Positions 60,264-64,000 of a DNA stretch of 64,000 bases are shown piece by piece. This stretch comes from Amphiscolops sp. MND2022 (taxonomy: Eukaryota), in assembly GCA_964187785.1 (NCBI GenBank), contig OZ076415.1, forward strand, positions 24,676,001 through 24,740,000. Direction: 5' to 3'. The position numbers were made by a program, and so were the translations under genes. The notes under the pieces were generated by a model. The model saw only the letters and a list, made by a program, of their open reading frames with translations, made no database searches and was not told where the DNA came from. Numbering within the stretch: the first letter of the stretch is position 1; each line of letters opens with the position of its first letter.

Positions 60264-61868
60264 TTAGGTTTGCTTCTTTGCAAATCTTTCGTCCGGTCCT
60301 CTTGGGCCAGTCCCCCTGTTTGTTGGTTCCTGGTCAAATGTATTAATTGGTTTGCTAATAAGTTCACGGTGAATTATATTATTATCTAAAGTGGTCACGG
60401 TATGTTTTGTTCCGGTGACTGCCGTTTGTAAATTTTCTGAGTATGGACTTTCAAATTTTCCTTTCTGTTTCTTTCGTTCGAAAAATTGAAACGGATATTT
60501 ACTTACCGTTTTTGCTCCTTTTCTCTTTTGTTTCACTGGTAGATGGTCGGAGCTACCGCCGTCTCCACTGAAAGTGTATACCTGTAGGGTATCTGGTCTC
60601 GCTGAAATAAAGTCATTGGTTATTGATTTGGTTTTGTCTAGTTTTAACATGTTACTCCATTCCGTGTTTGGTTCTCTGCCGAAGTGTAATTCGAATGCGG
60701 ATTTTCTTAACCTGGTATGTGGCAAATTCCGCATTACGTTTAGAGCTAAGTCCAATGCTCTTCCAAGTGATTCTCCGGTTTTAATATTAGTTAGGAGGTT
60801 TTCTTTTAAAGTACGTACGCCTCGTTCTACTAGGCCGGTAGGAGTGTGAATATACGGTGTTCCAAATATCATTTTGATGAATTTGTTTTTGCAAAAGTTT
60901 CTAAACTGGCGACCGGTGAAGGCTGTTGCCTTATCTGTTCGTATGGTTTTCGGTATACCGTTCAGGTTGCAGTATTGTTCTAGAAATTGTATTGCCGTTT
61001 CTCCGTCTGTGGTTTTGCACAGACTGGCGGCTGGCCATTTACTGTACCTGTCCATGGAAAGCAAAATGTAAAATCTACAGTTCTGGTTCGTGATTGGTCC
61101 GATGAAATCCATTTTGATTTCTTCGTTCGGTGCGCCTAATGGGGGTAAGCTATTTTGTTCCGTTTTAGGAATGTTAGGTTCAATACTCTTGCCGGAATGT
61201 TTGCATGGTATGCAGTTGTCGCATTTCCGTTGTATTGCTTCCGTCAGTTTAGGCCACCAGAAGTGTTTTGCGGATAGGGTCATCTTATTGATGGCTGGGT
61301 GTCCTTTGTGCAATAAGCTTATGACGGTTGTTCGTAGGTTGAGTGATACAATTATTTTGTCTTCGAAGAACACTAGTCCGTAACGTGTTGACAGTTTCTT
61401 TTTGTATAAGCTGTAATCGTCCGGAATGTTGTCGTCTTGCTGGCGTTCCAAGCAAACAAGTGTTTTTAACAGTTTGGGGTCGTTGGTTGTTTCCGTCATC
61501 AGGAGTTGCAAGTCTGTGGCGACTTCTTTTTCCGTTTCTCGGACGGTGTTTTCTAAGTCCCAGTTGTTTTGTTCGAGGTCTTGTACTTCTGGAGCGGGTC
61601 CCATCTTTATGTACTGTACGCTCTTTACTCCAGTATATTTCGCCCAATTATTGGTTGGTGCCTCCAGTACCGACGGTGCCAGTTCGGAGTCGCTAGAGAT
61701 TTCTCCTTCTTCCATGGGGATATTTTCTTGTGTGGCCGGTTGGAAGTATGATGTGCCCGGTTGATTTTTTTGTGTTGCTGTACGAACCCTCCTCGGAAAT
61801 TCTGCGGTGCGGGCGAGGTGAATTGCCAGTCTGCGGTGTATTCGTCTGATTGCAATTGTTGTTGGCAT
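60264..61868 (-). CDS. Ty3/Gypsy integrase ORF (534 aa; N-terminal ~130 aa is pol linker)
   Basis: LHKGH...FWWP...CDNCIPC zinc finger; MDFIGP, DRYSKWP, RTDKATAF...GLVERG with D-X35-E spacing. Confidence 0.85.
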   Translation of the reverse strand: MPTTIAIRRIHRRLAIHLARTAEFPRRVRTATQKNQPGTSYFQPATQENIPMEEGEISSDSELAPSVLEAPTNNWAKYTGVKSVQYIKMGPAPEVQDLEQNNWDLENTVRETEKEVATDLQLLMTETTNDPKLLKTLVCLERQQDDNIPDDYSLYKKKLSTRYGLVFFEDKIIVSLNLRTTVISLLHKGHPAINKMTLSAKHFWWPKLTEAIQRKCDNCIPCKHSGKSIEPNIPKTEQNSLPPLGAPNEEIKMDFIGPITNQNCRFYILLSMDRYSKWPAASLCKTTDGETAIQFLEQYCNLNGIPKTIRTDKATAFTGRQFRNFCKNKFIKMIFGTPYIHTPTGLVERGVRTLKENLLTNIKTGESLGRALDLALNVMRNLPHTRLRKSAFELHFGREPNTEWSNMLKLDKTKSITNDFISARPDTLQVYTFSGDGGSSDHLPVKQKRKGAKTVSKYPFQFFERKKQKGKFESPYSENLQTAVTGTKHTVTTLDNNIIHRELISKPINTFDQEPTNRGTGPRGPDERFAKKQT

Positions 61869-64000
61869 GGCCGGTTTCGCATTTCCCTGCCCTGGCTTTC
61901 TATTTTCCGGATTATTTCGGAAAGCCTTTTTTGATTTACCTTCTTTCTCCGCGAAGGAATTTTGGATCGTGGTATTTTTTCCACTTGCTATTTGAGAGTC
62001 GGTGTATTCCTGACTTTACAATATTTCTCCACCGCTCTATCAGATCGATTGTCTCTTGCGATTTATTTATTTTCTCTAGATTATCGATAGTTTTGGCATC
62101 TATTGCTTTGATATCTGTTTGGTTTTGACGGTTAGTGCTGCTTGTTGTGATGCTTTTTCATTTGGTAAGTAATCGTCCGTGTTGTTTTTGATCAGTGGTC
62201 ATGGTATTGTGTTCCTTGTGTTTTTTCCTCTAGTGTTTGTTTTGTTTCATCATCTAGATTGGTTTCCCGGCATCAGTTTTACCTCATCGTTTTGTGTCTG
62301 AGTGTTTTGTCTATGTTTGCCGCCTAGAATTTCAATCACAGTATTTTTCGGCTGCAATGTTTCCGAAGATCAATTGCTTTTCCGTTTTGATCAGTCTCCG
62401 CCATGAATCTTCCGGTGTCTCGGCTTTAGTGTGAATTCTGTGCGGCCGTTGTGCGAATGTTGTTTCGAGACGAAGTGTTTATTTATTACACGGATCAAGT
62501 CTTTGATTGCTACATTGGGCAGTTTTGTTTTGTACTCTTCATGTGTCGTTGGGTACAAAACTTTCGAGTCAATTCTTTTTATGAAGCCCCCTTTGATATC
62601 TGATTCTTTGGGTCCTGCCATTTTGTGTCGTTTTCAACAGTTTCATCTGATCATTTGTGCAATATCCATTCGGTATCTGCTCTCTGCCTATCGAATCACA
62701 GAGGGTGTTAAAATCCACCATTAGTTTCTACTTTCAAGTTTGTGATTTTTGTTTTTTTGTTCCCTCTTGGGTTAAATTTATATACTTTTAAAAAAATAAA
62801 CTGATTGTTGATACTTACGACATACTATTTGCTGACTTTGCCATCTTCTATTCTTGTTAAACAATGGATTATTCCTACGAACACTAGTCCGTAACGTGTT
62901 GACAGTTTCTTTTTGTATAAGCTGTAATCGTCCGGAATGTTGTCGTCTTGCTGGCGTTCCAAGCAAACAAGTGTTTTTAACAGTTTGGGGTCGTTGGTTG
63001 TTTCCGTCATCAGGAGTTGCAAGTCTGTGGCGACTTCTTTTTCCGTTTCTCGGACGGTGTTTTCTAAGTCCCAGTTGTTTTGTTCGAGGTCTTGTACTTC
63101 TGGAGCGGGTCCCATCTTTATGTACTGTACGCTCTTTACTCCAGTATATTTCGCCCAATTATTGGTTGGTGCCTCCAGTACCGACGGTGCCAGTTCGGAG
63201 TCGCTAGAGATTTCTCCTTCTTCCATGGGGATATTTTCTTGTGTGGCCGGTTGGAAGTATGATGTGCCCGGTTGATTTTTTTGTGTTGCTGTACGAACCC
63301 TCCTCGGAAATTCTGCGGTGCGGGCGAGGTGAATTGCCAGTCTGCGGTGTATTCGTCTGATTGCAATTGTTGTTGGCATGGCCGGTTTCGTATTTCCCTG
63401 CCCTGGCTTTCTATTTTCCGGATTATTTCGGAAAGCCTTTTTTGATTTACCTTCTTTCTCCGCGAAGGAATTTTGGATCGTGGTATTTTTTCCACTTGCT
63501 ATTTGAGAGTCGGTATATTCCTGACTTTACAATATTTCTCCACCGCTCTATCAGATCGATTGTCTCTTGCGATTTATTTATTTTCTCTAGATTATCGATA
63601 GTTTTGGCATCTATTGCTTTGATATCTGTTTGGTTTTGACGGTTAGTGCTGCTTGTTGTGATGCTTTTTCATTTGGTAAGTAATCGTCCGTGTTGTTTTT
63701 GATCAGTGGTCATGGTATTGTGTTCCTTGTGTTTTTTCCTCTAGTGTTTGTTTTGTTTCATCATCTAGATTGGTTTCCCGGCATCAGTTTTACCTCATCG
63801 TTTTGTGTCTGAGTGTTTTGTCTATGTTTGCCGCCTAGAATTTCAATCACAGTATTTTTCGGCTGCAATGTTTCCGAAGATCAATTGCTTTTCCGTTTTG
63901 ATCAGTCTCCGCCATGAATCTTCCGGTGTCTCGGCTTTAGTGTGAATTCTGTGCGGCCGTTGTGCGAATGTTGTTTCGAGACGAAGTGTTTATTTATTAC
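61368..64000. repeat. Tandem duplication with 1511-bp period (61368-62489 repeated at 62879-64000)
   Basis: At least 1120 bp are near-identical (I see 2 substitutions). The second copy is cut off by the window end. Confidence 0.95.

Larger units (their letters stand above)
59347..64000 (-). mobile_element. Internally deleted Ty3/Gypsy derivative (gag remnant, linker, integrase, PPT, 3' LTR); no PR/RT/RNase H seen; runs off the window
   Basis: PPT AGAAGGGGGAA (59527-59537) followed by TGTAATAG; candidate LTR 59347-59526. Integrase ORF present. Gag-like remnant 62150-62760 runs directly into post-RNase H linker-like sequence. Confidence 0.75.

Overview
This is a repeat-dense, AT-rich eukaryotic (metazoan-type) window with a 200-N scaffold gap at 33559-33758. 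The repeat families remind me of acoel-worm assemblies, but I cannot verify the organism. The only host gene I can support is the terminal exon of a calmodulin-like EF-hand gene (39875-40051, +). The rest is mostly transposable elements. (1) A CR1/L2-type LINE with an intact endonuclease-RT ORF (261-3101, -). (2) A young, full-length BEL/Pao LTR retrotransposon (7625-16981, -) with 383-bp LTRs differing at 5 sites, a 5-bp TSD, PBS, PPT and an open gag-pol, nested in a decayed Ty3/Gypsy element. (3) Several decayed or internally deleted Gypsy copies, two with recent tandem duplications. (4) hAT-type remnants, including a 405-bp element with TIRs and an 8-bp TSD. (5) A dispersed Helentron/HINE-like family and several tRNA-derived heads. 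The most unusual object is the BEL/Pao element. It carries two accessory ORFs upstream of gag, one of which shows S-G-N-H hydrolase-like motifs in order once a homopolymer frameshift is corrected. It also has a tRNA-Arg-like Pol III cassette inside each LTR, TG...TA rather than TG...CA termini, and a candidate splice acceptor before gag. All domain calls are by eye from motifs; no database searches were run.
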